Shown here: one piece after another, positions 19,096 to 29,122 of the stretch | How the letters are laid out: every line of letters begins with the position of its first letter | Numbering within the stretch: the stretch's first letter is position 1 | NCBI GenBank assembly: GCA_012517995.1 | Contig: JAAYTS010000141.1 | Location: 3,572 to 67,571 of the forward strand | DNA length: 64,000 nucleotides | From: Clostridium sp. | GTDB lineage: Bacteria > Bacillota > Clostridia > Acetivibrionales > Acetivibrionaceae | Direction of reading: 5' to 3' | Notes under the pieces: model-generated | Seen by the model: the letters and a program-made list of their open reading frames with translations, nothing else | Databases searched by the model: none | Told to the model about the DNA's origin: nothing | Translations under genes and position numbers: made by a program

Positions 19096-20166
19096 ATGCT
19101 AAAAGAAAGATTGGAAAAATTGAGACTAAAAATAAAAGAAGCAGATTTAGATGCAATTTTAATAATAAAAAGAGAAAATTATATGTATATTTCAGGTTTT
19201 ACTGGGACATATGCATATCTTTTAATTACGCAGAATGCTGCTGTTTTGCTCACTGATTTTAGATATACCAAACAGGCAAAAGATGAGGCGAAATTATTTG
19301 AAGTAATAGAATATGAAGGCAGGCTTTTAGATGCCTTAAATAATGTTATTGCCTCTAATGATATTAAAAAGCTTGGATTTGAGGAAAATGTTGTTACATA
19401 TAAAACCTATATAGAAATGAAAAAAAAATTAAAAGTAGAAAAATTAGAGCCTGTTGATGGCATGGTAGAAGATATAAGGCTTATAAAAGATGCTAAAGAA
19501 ATAGAAATTATAAAAAAGGCAGTGGAAATTGCAGATGATGCTTTTTTACACATATTAAACTACATAAAGCCTGGAGTCAGCGAGTATGAAATAGCCTTAG
19601 AGTTAGAGCACCATATGAAAAAGAAGGGAGCTAAAGGCACATCCTTTGAAACCATTGTAGCATCTGGTTATCGTTCTGTTCTACCCCATGGTACAGCTAG
19701 CAATAAAAAAATTGAAAACAATGAAGTGGTAACACTGGACTTTGGAGCTATATATGAAAACTACTGTTCTGACATGACCAGGACTGTATTTGTTGGAAAA
19801 CCTAAAGAAGAGCTATATAAAATATACAATATTGTATTAAAAGCTCAAAAATCCTCTGTAGAGAGTGCTAAAAAAGGTCTTACAGGAAAAGAAATTGACT
19901 TAGTAGCAAGAAATATTATTGATGAAAATGGATATGGAAAGTGTTTTGGGCATGGTTTAGGACACGGGGTAGGTCTTGAAGTTCATGAAAAGCCCAGTTT
20001 ATCTAAAAGAGGAGATATAATAATGGAAAATGGCATGGTGGTTACCATTGAACCTGGGATTTATGTAGAGAATTTAGGTGGGGTAAGAATAGAGGATATG
20101 GTGGTTATAAATGATGATACTCCTATGGTTTTGACCAAGTCATCTAAAGAATTAATAGTGTTATAG
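19096..20166 (+). CDS. Xaa-Pro aminopeptidase (M24B, YqhT-like)
   Basis: DFG..Y.SDMTRT, HGLGHGVGLEVHE, TIEPG, GVRIED. Confidence 0.93.
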   Translation: MLKERLEKLRLKIKEADLDAILIIKRENYMYISGFTGTYAYLLITQNAAVLLTDFRYTKQAKDEAKLFEVIEYEGRLLDALNNVIASNDIKKLGFEENVVTYKTYIEMKKKLKVEKLEPVDGMVEDIRLIKDAKEIEIIKKAVEIADDAFLHILNYIKPGVSEYEIALELEHHMKKKGAKGTSFETIVASGYRSVLPHGTASNKKIENNEVVTLDFGAIYENYCSDMTRTVFVGKPKEELYKIYNIVLKAQKSSVESAKKGLTGKEIDLVARNIIDENGYGKCFGHGLGHGVGLEVHEKPSLSKRGDIIMENGMVVTIEPGIYVENLGGVRIEDMVVINDDTPMVLTKSSKELIVL

Positions 20167-20319
20167 AATTTTAGGTTTATAAATTATATGAAAATTTTTC
20201 TTGAATTATAGTTGATTTTAATTTAATATTAACTTATGAATATTAAAATGTATGTAAACATCTTTAATTGATGTAAGACAATAGAAGATGATAAGATGAA
20301 AATTTTGGAGGGATAAAAA

Positions 20320-20877
20320 ATGATTTCAGCCGGTGATTTTAGAAACGGAGTAACTTTTGAGATGGATGGAAGTATATTTCAGGTAATTGAGTTTTTGCAT
20401 GTTAAACCTGGTAAAGGTGCTGCTTTTGTGAGAACTAAATTAAAAAATATTGTTACAGGGGCTACAATTGAAAAAACTTTTAATCCAACAGATAAAATGC
20501 CTAAAGCTCATATTGAAAGAAAGGATATGCAGTATTTATATAATGATGGAAGCCTTTACTATTTTATGGACTTGGAAAATTATGAACAAATACCACTTGG
20601 AAATGATATAATAGGTGATTCATTTAAATTCATAAAAGAAAATGAAATTGTAAAACTTCTGTCTCATAAAGGTAATGTATTTGGGGTAGAGCCCCCTAAC
20701 TTTGTTGAGCTTGAGGTTATAGAAACTGAACCAGGTTTTAAAGGTGATACAGCAACAGGTGCAACTAAACCTGCAACTGTTGAAACAGGAGCAACAATAA
20801 AGGTGCCTTTATTTGTTGATAAAGGAGACGTTATTAGAATTGACACAAGAAGTGGAGAGTATATGGAAAGAGTATAA
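20320..20877 (+). CDS. efp: Elongation factor P
   Basis: [26 protein letters not shown]. Confidence 0.98.
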   Translation: MISAGDFRNGVTFEMDGSIFQVIEFLHVKPGKGAAFVRTKLKNIVTGATIEKTFNPTDKMPKAHIERKDMQYLYNDGSLYYFMDLENYEQIPLGNDIIGDSFKFIKENEIVKLLSHKGNVFGVEPPNFVELEVIETEPGFKGDTATGATKPATVETGATIKVPLFVDKGDVIRIDTRSGEYMERV

Positions 20878-20921
20878 TGGTTATACTATATTATATTTGT
20901 TTTTGAAATAGGAGGTATTTT

Positions 20922-21341
20922 ATGGGATACGTAAAAGAGAGAGTGGCTTATCTTAAGGGGCTTTTTGCAGGTATGAATATTGATGAATCAACAAATGAAG
21001 GCAAGCTTTTTAAAGAAATAATTGAAGTTTTAGGCGATATTGCTGATTCAGTGTCTGATATAGAAGAAGTCCAGGAGCATTTAGAAGAGCAGGTTGATAC
21101 CATTGATGAAGACCTTGGGGAAGTAGAAAGATTATTGTATGATGATTGCGACTGTGGCTATGAAGATGATGAATTAATTGCAGAAATTCAGTGTCCTCAC
21201 TGTCATGAAATTGTTGAATTAACAGAAGATATGTTGGATACTGAAGAGGACTCTTTTAAATGCACTGCCTGCGGAAAAGACATAATTGTTGAATGGGATT
21301 GTGACTGTGATGAGTGCAGTGATGAATGTGATGAAATATAA
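20922..21341 (+). CDS. CD1247-like acidic Zn-ribbon protein
   Basis: N-terminal ERVAYLKGL coiled coil, CPHC...CTAC and extra Cys/Asp-rich segments; conserved position between efp and spoIIIA. Confidence 0.75.
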   Translation: MGYVKERVAYLKGLFAGMNIDESTNEGKLFKEIIEVLGDIADSVSDIEEVQEHLEEQVDTIDEDLGEVERLLYDDCDCGYEDDELIAEIQCPHCHEIVELTEDMLDTEEDSFKCTACGKDIIVEWDCDCDECSDECDEI

Positions 21342-21374
21342 TTTATTTTTATAAAATTAAATTGTAATTTTCAT

Positions 21375-21420
21375 AAAAAAGTAGTGTGTGTATCTTTTGA
21401 TGCATATGCTGCTTTTTTTT
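21375..21420 (+). terminator. Intrinsic terminator with a G-U-rich stem
   Basis: GTAGTGTGTGTATC-TTTT-GATGCATATGCTGC pairs over 14 bp using G-U wobbles, followed by T8. Confidence 0.75.
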
Positions 21421-21504
21421 ATGCATTTTTATTTTAGTCATAAATTTGGACAAAGAGAATAAATATTAAATAAGTGACAAGTCTTAAAAAGGGAGGTTAA
21501 AAAA

Positions 21505-22527
21505 ATGATTACCAAAGACAAGCAGGTTGTTAAAATGGTTGAGATACGTTCTTTTGAAAGGGATATTTTAAAATTTTTATGTGGTGAATTAAAAGAAGTT
21601 TTAATAAAAGTAAATCCTTTTGAACTTGTTAACTTAGAAGAAATAAGAATACGAGCTGGAAAGCCGGTTATGCTTCAAAATAGAAAGGGAAGCTTTTTTT
21701 TAAACTGTGAGGGGAAACTGACAAATAACAAGTTTAATCTTTTTTACATGGATCAAGAACAAATTTTAAAGACTTTAACTCTTATAAGTGAAAATTCTAT
21801 TTATGCATTTTTAGATGAAATTAAAAATGGTTTTTTAACTTTAAAAGGAGGACACAGGGTTGGAATAGCGGGAAGAGTTGTTTTAGAGGGAGGGAGTATA
21901 AAAAATATAAAGGATATATCCAGCCTTAATATAAGAATTTCTAAAGAAGTTACAGACTGTTCTTTAAAAATAATGAAATACATAATAAATGACAATAATG
22001 GGGTATATAACACCCTCATTATCTCACCTCCAGGATGTGGGAAAACAACCATGCTTCGGGATATAACAAGAAATTTAAGTGATGGGATAGAAAAAATAGC
22101 ATTTAAAGGTGTAAAAGTAGGGCTAATTGATGAACGCTCTGAAATAGCTGCCTGCTATAAAGGAGTTCCACAAAAAAGAGTAGGGGTGCAGACTGATGTT
22201 TTAGATGCATGCCCTAAGCAATTAGGAATGACAATAATGTTAAGGTCCATGTCCCCGGATGTTATTGTCACGGATGAAATAGGCGGAAGTGGGGATAAAC
22301 AATCAATAATGCAGGTGTTAAATGCAGGGATAAAAATTATATCCACTGCACATGGATATAACATTTCTCAGCTTAAGACAAGAAAAGAAGTTTTAAGCCT
22401 TATTGAAGAAAAGATTTTTGAAAGATTTATAGTGTTAAGTGCTGCAGAGGGTCCAGGTACCGTAGAAGAAATAATTGACGGTAAAACCATGGAGGTAATT
22501 TTTAGGAGGGATAAAAATGGCAGTTAA
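21505..22527 (+). CDS. spoIIIAA: Stage III sporulation protein AA (ATPase)
   Basis: EEIRIR, GGHRVG, SPPGCGKTT, DERSEIA, PDVIVTDEIG. Confidence 0.96.
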   Translation: MITKDKQVVKMVEIRSFERDILKFLCGELKEVLIKVNPFELVNLEEIRIRAGKPVMLQNRKGSFFLNCEGKLTNNKFNLFYMDQEQILKTLTLISENSIYAFLDEIKNGFLTLKGGHRVGIAGRVVLEGGSIKNIKDISSLNIRISKEVTDCSLKIMKYIINDNNGVYNTLIISPPGCGKTTMLRDITRNLSDGIEKIAFKGVKVGLIDERSEIAACYKGVPQKRVGVQTDVLDACPKQLGMTIMLRSMSPDVIVTDEIGGSGDKQSIMQVLNAGIKIISTAHGYNISQLKTRKEVLSLIEEKIFERFIVLSAAEGPGTVEEIIDGKTMEVIFRRDKNGS

Positions 22528-23038
22528 GCTTTTTGGATGTTTTATTGTATTTATTTCAAGCAGTTTATTAGGATATATATATTCAAAAAAATGCTCTAAA
22601 AGACCTAATGAGCTGAGAGATTTACAGGGGATGCTTCAAATATTTGAAAATGAAATTAGTTTTTTGTCAAATAAGCTGACAGATGCTTTTTATAAAATAT
22701 ATAAGCAAAATGAAAGTCCTGTTTCAAACTTTTTTAAATCCACTGCAGAAATTTTGCAAAAAAGACCTGAAATTAGTGCCTCTGAGGCTTGGAAAGATGC
22801 AGTTAAATTAAATATAGATGCTACTTCCTTTGATAAAGAAGATGAAAAAGTTATAATTTCCTTTGGAAAGATGCTTGGAAGCTCTGATTTAGAAGGACAG
22901 ATAAAAAATATCAGATTAACTTTAAACCAGTTAAAATTACAAGAACAAAAGGCAGAAGAATTTAGAAAAAAAAATGAGGCGATGTACAGGAACTTAGGGA
23001 TACTAGGGGGATTGGCAATAATAATTATACTATTTTAA
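22517..23038 (+). CDS. spoIIIAB: Stage III sporulation protein AB
   Basis: Operon order, N- and C-terminal TM helices, LG.SD...Q motif. Confidence 0.92.
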   Translation: MAVKLFGCFIVFISSSLLGYIYSKKCSKRPNELRDLQGMLQIFENEISFLSNKLTDAFYKIYKQNESPVSNFFKSTAEILQKRPEISASEAWKDAVKLNIDATSFDKEDEKVIISFGKMLGSSDLEGQIKNIRLTLNQLKLQEQKAEEFRKKNEAMYRNLGILGGLAIIIILF

Positions 23039-23124
23039 GTTATTTTAGAATATTTTTATAGCCAATATGAATATACTTGTACAAATGGTGATTTATAAAA
23101 ACACATAAGGAGAAAGAACAATAT

Positions 23125-23319
23125 ATGGATATAGATTTAATTTTCAGGATAGCTGCAATAGGAATTTTAGTTTCTGTTTTAAATGCAGTATTAACCAAAT
23201 CAGGTCGTGAGGAACAGGCTATGATGACTACATTAGCAGGACTTATAGTGGTGCTTATGATGATTGTTAAGGAAATTGCAAATTTATTTGAAACTGTAAA
23301 AACCATATTTCAGTTTTAA
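23125..23319 (+). CDS. spoIIIAC: Stage III sporulation protein AC
   Basis: MDIDLIFRIAAIG...SGREEQA. Confidence 0.95.
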   Translation: MDIDLIFRIAAIGILVSVLNAVLTKSGREEQAMMTTLAGLIVVLMMIVKEIANLFETVKTIFQF

Positions 23320-23337
23320 AGAAAGTGGAATTTACAG

Positions 23338-23724
23338 ATGGAAATATTTCAAATAGTTATATTAGCTGTGATATCAACCTTAATAATCATCGTTTTAAAA
23401 GTTCAAAGACCTGAAACTGCACTTATGATAAGTATTGTTACAGGAGTAATTATATTTTTTGTGGTTTTAGGAAAAACATCTGCCATAATTGAGCTGCTTA
23501 AAGGATATGCAGAAAAAGCAAATATAGATATAGTGTATTTTTCTACATTGCTAAAAATAATTGGGATTGCTTATATTGCAGAATTTGGTTCGGAAATTTG
23601 CAAAGACGCTGGTGAAAGTGCCATTGCATCAAAAGTTGAGCTTGCAGGAAAGGTTATTATTATAATTTTAGCTGTGCCAATAGTCACATCTTTGCTGGAT
23701 TTGGTAATAAACATTATGCCTTAA
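23338..23724 (+). CDS. spoIIIAD: Stage III sporulation protein AD
   Basis: KIIGIAYIAEFGSEICKDAGE..IASKVELAGK. Confidence 0.96.
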   Translation: MEIFQIVILAVISTLIIIVLKVQRPETALMISIVTGVIIFFVVLGKTSAIIELLKGYAEKANIDIVYFSTLLKIIGIAYIAEFGSEICKDAGESAIASKVELAGKVIIIILAVPIVTSLLDLVINIMP

Positions 23725-23782
23725 GTAAAAAAAGAATTATACATTTTAATATAAAACAAAATAATATTACAAATGGGGAAAA

Positions 23783-24988
23783 ATGTATATGAAAAACAAA
23801 AGATATTTAAAACTAATAAAAAAAATAATTTGTATAAGTGTTAGCTTATGTTGTATAAATTTCTGCAATATAAAAGCAGAAGAGGAGAAAATAACAGAAA
23901 GGATAATTGAAAGTCAGACTAAAACAGAAGAAATTACTAAGATTAAAGAAAATCTTAAACGGTATGCTGATGAAAATATTGATGAAATTATACCTGGATA
24001 TGACCCGGAAAGTATAATTTCTGATGTGGCAAAAGGAAATTTTAAGTTTAATTTTATGGGAATTATAAATGGCATACTAAAATTTCTTTTTAAAGAAATA
24101 TATTTAAACATATACATACTGGCAAGATTAATTGTTTTGGTGATTTTGTGTGCAATATTAAAAAATCTGCAGACCTCATTTTTAAATAAAGGCACAGGGG
24201 AGTTGGCTTTTTATACATGCTATATAGTTTTAATATCAATACTTTTGGTAAGTTTTAATACAGCTGTACAGGCAGGAGTGGAAATAATAAATGCAATGGT
24301 GAACTTTATGCATATGTCCTTGCCTGTTTTAGTTGCATTACTTGTAGCCTCTGGAAATGTTACCACAGGAGCCGGGATGCAGCCAACGCTTATGCTGATG
24401 GTACAAGTTTTTGCAGCTATAATAAAAAATATTTTAATTCCAATTGTAATATTATCCACCATTGTATCGGTAATTGACAACATATCTGAAAAGATACAAA
24501 TATCAAGGCTAGCTGGTTTTTTAAAAAATTTAATTGGATGGTCATTAGGACTTATATTGACTCTTTTTATTGCAATAGTCACCCTTCAAGGGGCAATTGG
24601 GGCAGTGGTGGATGGGGTTACCAGTAAAACTGCCAAATTTGCAATAGGTGTTTTTATTCCGGTGGCAGGAAAGTATTTAGCAGATGCTGCAGATGCGGTG
24701 ATAGGATGCACATTGCTTATAAAAAATGCTGTTGGGGTATCCATGGTTATAGGCATTGCTGTTATTTGTATTTTGCCAATATTAAAAATACTTGCAGTTA
24801 TAACTTTGTATAAGCTGGCAGTGATTTTATTAGAACCAGTGGCTGACGGACGTATTATAAAGAGCATAAACGCTGTCTCTGACTCAATGTCTGTAATTTT
24901 AGGGATTATGGCATCAGTTGCATTTATGTTTTTAATTACAATAACAGCACTTGTTGCAGCTGCAAATGTAAGTGCAATGATAAGATAA
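23783..24988 (+). CDS. spoIIIAE: Stage III sporulation protein AE
   Basis: Polytopic membrane protein; FIPVAGKYLADA, KNAVG. Confidence 0.94.
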   Translation: MYMKNKRYLKLIKKIICISVSLCCINFCNIKAEEEKITERIIESQTKTEEITKIKENLKRYADENIDEIIPGYDPESIISDVAKGNFKFNFMGIINGILKFLFKEIYLNIYILARLIVLVILCAILKNLQTSFLNKGTGELAFYTCYIVLISILLVSFNTAVQAGVEIINAMVNFMHMSLPVLVALLVASGNVTTGAGMQPTLMLMVQVFAAIIKNILIPIVILSTIVSVIDNISEKIQISRLAGFLKNLIGWSLGLILTLFIAIVTLQGAIGAVVDGVTSKTAKFAIGVFIPVAGKYLADAADAVIGCTLLIKNAVGVSMVIGIAVICILPILKILAVITLYKLAVILLEPVADGRIIKSINAVSDSMSVILGIMASVAFMFLITITALVAAANVSAMIR

Positions 24989-25012
24989 AATTAAAATGTA
25001 CGGAGGATAAAA

Positions 25013-25633
25013 ATGGTTTTTTTGAATAAATGGATTTTAAATATTGTTACTTTGTCTATTTTTATAATACTTATTGAAGTACTTATTCCATCAGGGAAGG
25101 TAAGGAAGGTGGTAAATTTAGTTACAGGTTTTATACTGGTAATTGCACTTATTAATCCTATATTAAGTCTTTTAAAAATGGAAATAGACATAGAAGACTA
25201 CCAAATTGAATCTGATAACTTTATAAAGTCTAAAGAAATATCTATAAACAGCGATGTTTTAAAGGAAAATCAAATAAAGGTAATGACAGAGGTATATAGG
25301 GAAAAAATTATAGCTGAGTTTGAATCCCTGGCAAAAGAAATTGACAAAGTAAAGGAAGCTAAAGCAGATGTTATAATCAATGAAGATTATAACAGTGAGA
25401 GCTTTGGAGAAGTGGAAAGAGTATATTTACATTTGGCTGTTGATGAGAAAAAAAGCACCATTAAACCTATTTTAAGCGTTAAGAAAATAGAAATTGGAAA
25501 AGACAAAAAATTAGAAAATGAAGAGGTTGCCTATGATAAAGGAGATACAGAAATTGAAAAACAACTAAAAGAAAAAATCCATGAACTTTTTAAAATACAA
25601 AAAGAAAATATTATAATTTCTTTTTTAGAATAA
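25013..25633 (+). CDS. spoIIIAF: Stage III sporulation protein AF
   Basis: W..NI...IEVLIP, LINPI; operon order. Confidence 0.92.
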   Translation: MVFLNKWILNIVTLSIFIILIEVLIPSGKVRKVVNLVTGFILVIALINPILSLLKMEIDIEDYQIESDNFIKSKEISINSDVLKENQIKVMTEVYREKIIAEFESLAKEIDKVKEAKADVIINEDYNSESFGEVERVYLHLAVDEKKSTIKPILSVKKIEIGKDKKLENEEVAYDKGDTEIEKQLKEKIHELFKIQKENIIISFLE

Positions 25634-25648
25634 CGGGAGGTTGAAAAG

Positions 25649-26260
25649 ATGGATAAAATACGAAAAACTATCAAGAAATTTATAAGTATATTTAATAAAG
25701 ATCATAAGAGACTTGGAGAAAATCTGGTAATAATGATGATTATTGGGATCATAATTATTATAGCAGGGGGAAGTTTATTTGGAGGAGACGAAAAAAAAGA
25801 AACTGAAATAGAAAAAACTGAACCGGAAAAACTAGAAACTTTTGGGGAAACTGGGAAGTTAGAGGAAAAGACAGAGTTAGAATTAAAGGTGGAAAAAATA
25901 CTGTCACAGATAAATGGTGCAGGAGAAGTAAAGGTGCTTATTACCTATGAATCCGGGACTGAAATTGTGCCATTTACAAATATAAAAAAAAGTGATGATG
26001 TTACTGATGAAAGAGATAGTGCAGGGGGAACTAGAAGGTCAAATCAAACAAGTTATGAAAGTAGCATTGTATATGAGGAAGGAGGAAGTGGTGTAAAAAA
26101 ACCCATTATAGTTAAAGAAGTGTATCCTAAAGTAAAAGGAGTTGTTGTTGTTGCAGATGGTGGCGGGGATTTAACTGTGAGAGAAAATCTTCTTAGGGCA
26201 GTAGAAGTTCTGTTAGATGTTCCTGTTCATAAGATACAGGTTTATGAGGGAAAAAAATAA
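25649..26260 (+). CDS. spoIIIAG: Stage III sporulation protein AG
   Basis: LSQINGAGEVKVLIT, PKVKGVVVVADGG, VPVHKIQV. Confidence 0.95.
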   Translation: MDKIRKTIKKFISIFNKDHKRLGENLVIMMIIGIIIIIAGGSLFGGDEKKETEIEKTEPEKLETFGETGKLEEKTELELKVEKILSQINGAGEVKVLITYESGTEIVPFTNIKKSDDVTDERDSAGGTRRSNQTSYESSIVYEEGGSGVKKPIIVKEVYPKVKGVVVVADGGGDLTVRENLLRAVEVLLDVPVHKIQVYEGKK

Positions 26261-26426
26261 TTTAAGCTATTCCAAAAAAAAAGATATAAATTGGACGGAA
26301 ATATAATATATATGATAGTAAAAATCAATGTACAATCCAATTTTGAAGGGAGGGGTTTAAAATAAAATAATGCGGGGAAAGTTAATTTTAATATATAAAA
26401 CTAATATGTTTAAAGGGGGAACATTA

Positions 26427-27077
26427 ATGATGGTATTAAAAAGAAAACAAGTGGTGGTATTGTCTTTGATTTTAATGATAATAGTAGCTGGAGTTTTGCA
26501 GTATAGTTACAATAAAAGCAGTACATCTGTTAATGAGTGGGATGATATTTCAGTTGATAATTCTTATGAAGATATAGCAATTGAAGAAACAGAAGAGGAT
26601 GATGTCCGTCTTGGAGAAGCTGTATATGTGGATAGGGAGTTAATGGATGAGGATACTTTTGTTAAAAAAGATGACGAAGAGGAAGATGAAGGAAGTGAAA
26701 AGGCTCTAGAGGCTTCCCAAGAAGCCAATGATTTTTTTGCCCAGGCGAAGATAAACAGGGAAGTAAACAGAAGCAGGGATCAGGATGTGCTAAAAGAAAT
26801 TACTCAGGATACTGCATCTAGTGAAGACCTTAAGAAAAGTGCACAGGAATTGATGATGCAGATAATAGAAAATTCAGAAAAGGAAATGAGAATTGAAACT
26901 TTAATTAAAGAAAAGGGTTTTAAGGATGTTGTTGTTTTGTTTGGCAGCGATGGCAGTGTTGATGTAGTGGTTAAAACTCCAAGTCTTACTTCAGTTCAAG
27001 TTGCCCAAATAGCAGACATAACGTCAAGACATGCTGATGTAGATATAAAAGATATTTATGTGCGGCAAAAGTTTTAA
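26427..27077 (+). CDS. spoIIIAH: Stage III sporulation protein AH
   Basis: N-terminal TM, FFAQAKINRE..R, IETLIKEKGFKD; ATG at 26427 after AAAGGGGG. Confidence 0.92.
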   Translation: MMVLKRKQVVVLSLILMIIVAGVLQYSYNKSSTSVNEWDDISVDNSYEDIAIEETEEDDVRLGEAVYVDRELMDEDTFVKKDDEEEDEGSEKALEASQEANDFFAQAKINREVNRSRDQDVLKEITQDTASSEDLKKSAQELMMQIIENSEKEMRIETLIKEKGFKDVVVLFGSDGSVDVVVKTPSLTSVQVAQIADITSRHADVDIKDIYVRQKF

Positions 27078-27124
27078 AAATAGATTTAAAAGAGTATATT
27101 TTATTTAATTATTTCCTTATTATA

Positions 27125-27153
27125 TTGATATCACAATTTTGAAATGATATAAT
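27125..27153 (+). promoter_or_regulatory. Sigma-A promoter of the asp23-amaP-nusB-xse operon
   Basis: TTGATA-N17-TATAAT with extended -10 TG. Confidence 0.75.
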
Positions 27154-27166
27154 TATTTATTATACT

Positions 27167-27254
27167 TCAAGAGTTGCTGCAAACATTCCCTTTTTTAAAT
27201 ATCTATAGCTTTTAGCTTTTGGATACTTAAAAAAGGGAGTATTTAAACTCTTGA
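27167..27254 (+). promoter_or_regulatory. Long irregular hairpin in the 5' UTR of asp23
   Basis: TCAAGAGTT (27167-75) pairs with AACTCTTGA (27246-54); ATTCCCTTTTTTAAATATC pairs with GATACTTAAAAAAGGGAGT. Confidence 0.6.
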
Positions 27255-27283
27255 TTCCTGTTGGTATAAAGGAGGTTTTTAGT

Positions 27284-27700
27284 ATGGGAGAAACTGAACA
27301 AAACAGTATACAAAGTAAACTAAGTGATGTAGGGGAAGTGAAAATTTCTGAAGAGGTAGTTGCAATCATTGCAGGCATTGCTGCTATGGATGTTCCTGGA
27401 GTTGCAGGCATGAGTGGCGGGATTGCAGGTGGAATTGCAGAAATGTTGGGGAGGAAAAATTTGTCTAAAGGTGTAAAGGTAGAAGTAGGAGACAGAGAAG
27501 CTGCTATTGACCTTTATATTATTGTTGAATACGGCTGCAGGATACCAGATGTTTCATGGGATATTCAAGAAAGAGTAAAAGAAGCTGTTGAAACAATGAC
27601 AGGACTTGATGTTGTAGAAGTGAATATTCATATACAAGGTGTGAATATAGAAAAGGATTACAAAAAAGAGTTAGCAGAAGAAGTTGCAAGGGTAAAATAA
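27284..27700 (+). CDS. Asp23/Gls24 family protein
   Basis: VKISEEVVAIIAG, KGVKVEV, VPD..Q..V..MTGL.V..VNIHIQG; ATG at 27284 after AAGGAGG. Confidence 0.93.
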   Translation: MGETEQNSIQSKLSDVGEVKISEEVVAIIAGIAAMDVPGVAGMSGGIAGGIAEMLGRKNLSKGVKVEVGDREAAIDLYIIVEYGCRIPDVSWDIQERVKEAVETMTGLDVVEVNIHIQGVNIEKDYKKELAEEVARVK

Positions 27701-27841
27701 TAAAATAACAGGTATGTTTAAAATATTTATTGGAAAAAATAAAATAATAACCCCTGTAGGGTTTATTTTTTTAAAAAAATAAAATATAATGTAAGTGAGT
27801 ATTGGAAAACATAAGATAAAAAAAGGGGTGGTAGTAGGCCT

Positions 27842-28390
27842 ATGAATATTTTTTTCAGAATTTTGCTTGCTTTTTATGCTTTTTGTCTTACAGTTATCTC
27901 TCTTGTTTTAATGATTGTCACTCTAAACAAAGAAATGTTTGTAAACATAACAAGCTTTTTAGAAAGAAATATTTTAAGCAATAAAGCATCGGTTATTTTG
28001 CTTTTTATTGTGGAACTAGTGTTTTTTGGTCTGAGTTTAATGTTTTTACTTTCAGGAGTGAGAAGCGAGAGAAACAAAAAATCCATAAGCAGGTTTAATA
28101 AAATTGGAGAGATAAAAATATCACTAAACACCTTAGAAAATATAGCCCTTGCAGCGTCAAGAAGGAGTAATGGTGTTAAGGATTCAAAAGCTTATGTAAA
28201 AAGAGTAGGTGAAAATGTTTCTGTACATATCAAAGTAGTTGTAATGCCTGACATTAACATTCCAGCCCTTCTAGAAGACATACAATTAAGAGTAAAAAAG
28301 TCTATTGAAGAGACTTCAGGTATTTTGGTAGATGATGTGAAAATGTTTGTGGAAAATATATATACAGGTTATAGGTCAAGAGTTGAATAA
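27842..28390 (+). CDS. amaP: AmaP-like membrane anchor
   Basis: Two N-terminal TM helices plus an Asp23-like C-terminal domain; asp23-amaP-DUF2273 synteny. Confidence 0.85.
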   Translation: MNIFFRILLAFYAFCLTVISLVLMIVTLNKEMFVNITSFLERNILSNKASVILLFIVELVFFGLSLMFLLSGVRSERNKKSISRFNKIGEIKISLNTLENIALAASRRSNGVKDSKAYVKRVGENVSVHIKVVVMPDINIPALLEDIQLRVKKSIEETSGILVDDVKMFVENIYTGYRSRVE

Positions 28391-28635
28391 TGGAGGCATA
28401 TGCAGTGAATAAGGAAAAAATTTTATTGTTTTACCGTTCACATTTTGGTGAAATAAATGGTGCTCTAGGAGGCTTAATTATTTCAGTAGCCATATTGTTA
28501 ATTGGGTTTTTAAAAACCATCTTTATAGCAATATGTGTTCTGGCAGGTTATTATATAGGAAAAAAGATTTCTGACGATAAAGAATACATAAAAAATCTTT
28601 TAGATCGTATACTGCCACCAGGTACATATAGATAA
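28390..28635 (+). CDS. DUF2273 small membrane protein
   Basis: LLIGFLKT...GYYIG; synteny. Confidence 0.8.
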   Translation: MEAYAVNKEKILLFYRSHFGEINGALGGLIISVAILLIGFLKTIFIAICVLAGYYIGKKISDDKEYIKNLLDRILPPGTYR

Positions 28636-28681
28636 GGAAAATTTTAAAAGTATAGTTTTTTAGGAGGTATAAAAACTGGTA

Positions 28682-29107
28682 ATGGGAAGAAGAGCAGCAA
28701 GAGAAATGGCTATGAAGCTTTTATATCAGATAGAAATTAGAAAAGAACCAATAGAAGGACAAATTGAAGCTGCTTTAGCTGAGCACAAATTTAAAAAAGA
28801 AAATATAGAATATCTAACTGATGTAATATATGGAGTATATGAAAACAAAGAAGATATAGATAGAGCAATTGAAAAATATTCAAAAGGCTGGAAATTATCT
28901 AGAATCTCAAAAGTTGATTTGTCTATTTTAAGACTTGCAATTTATGAAATTATTTTTAGAAAAGACATACCTCTTAATGTATCCATAAATGAAGCTGTTG
29001 AGCTTGCTAAAAACTACAGCGGAGAAGAAAGTGGTGCATTTATCAACGGGATTCTTGGAAGATTTCAAAAAAACAGCTTTTTGACTGTTGAAGGCAAAAA
29101 AGAATAG
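28682..29107 (+). CDS. nusB: Transcription antitermination factor NusB
   Basis: RRAARE.A, INEAVELAK.Y, FINGILG. Confidence 0.97.
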   Translation: MGRRAAREMAMKLLYQIEIRKEPIEGQIEAALAEHKFKKENIEYLTDVIYGVYENKEDIDRAIEKYSKGWKLSRISKVDLSILRLAIYEIIFRKDIPLNVSINEAVELAKNYSGEESGAFINGILGRFQKNSFLTVEGKKE

Positions 29108-29122
29108 GAAAATTTAAATTAG

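Noticed and set aside
21437-21467. Possible sigma-E promoter for spoIIIA (GTCATAAA...AATAAATAT)
   Set aside because: Biologically expected, but spacing and consensus were too loose to support by eye.
27741-27772. Terminator between asp23 and amaP
   Set aside because: Only a 5-bp core stem (AACCC/GGGTT); at most a weak attenuator.
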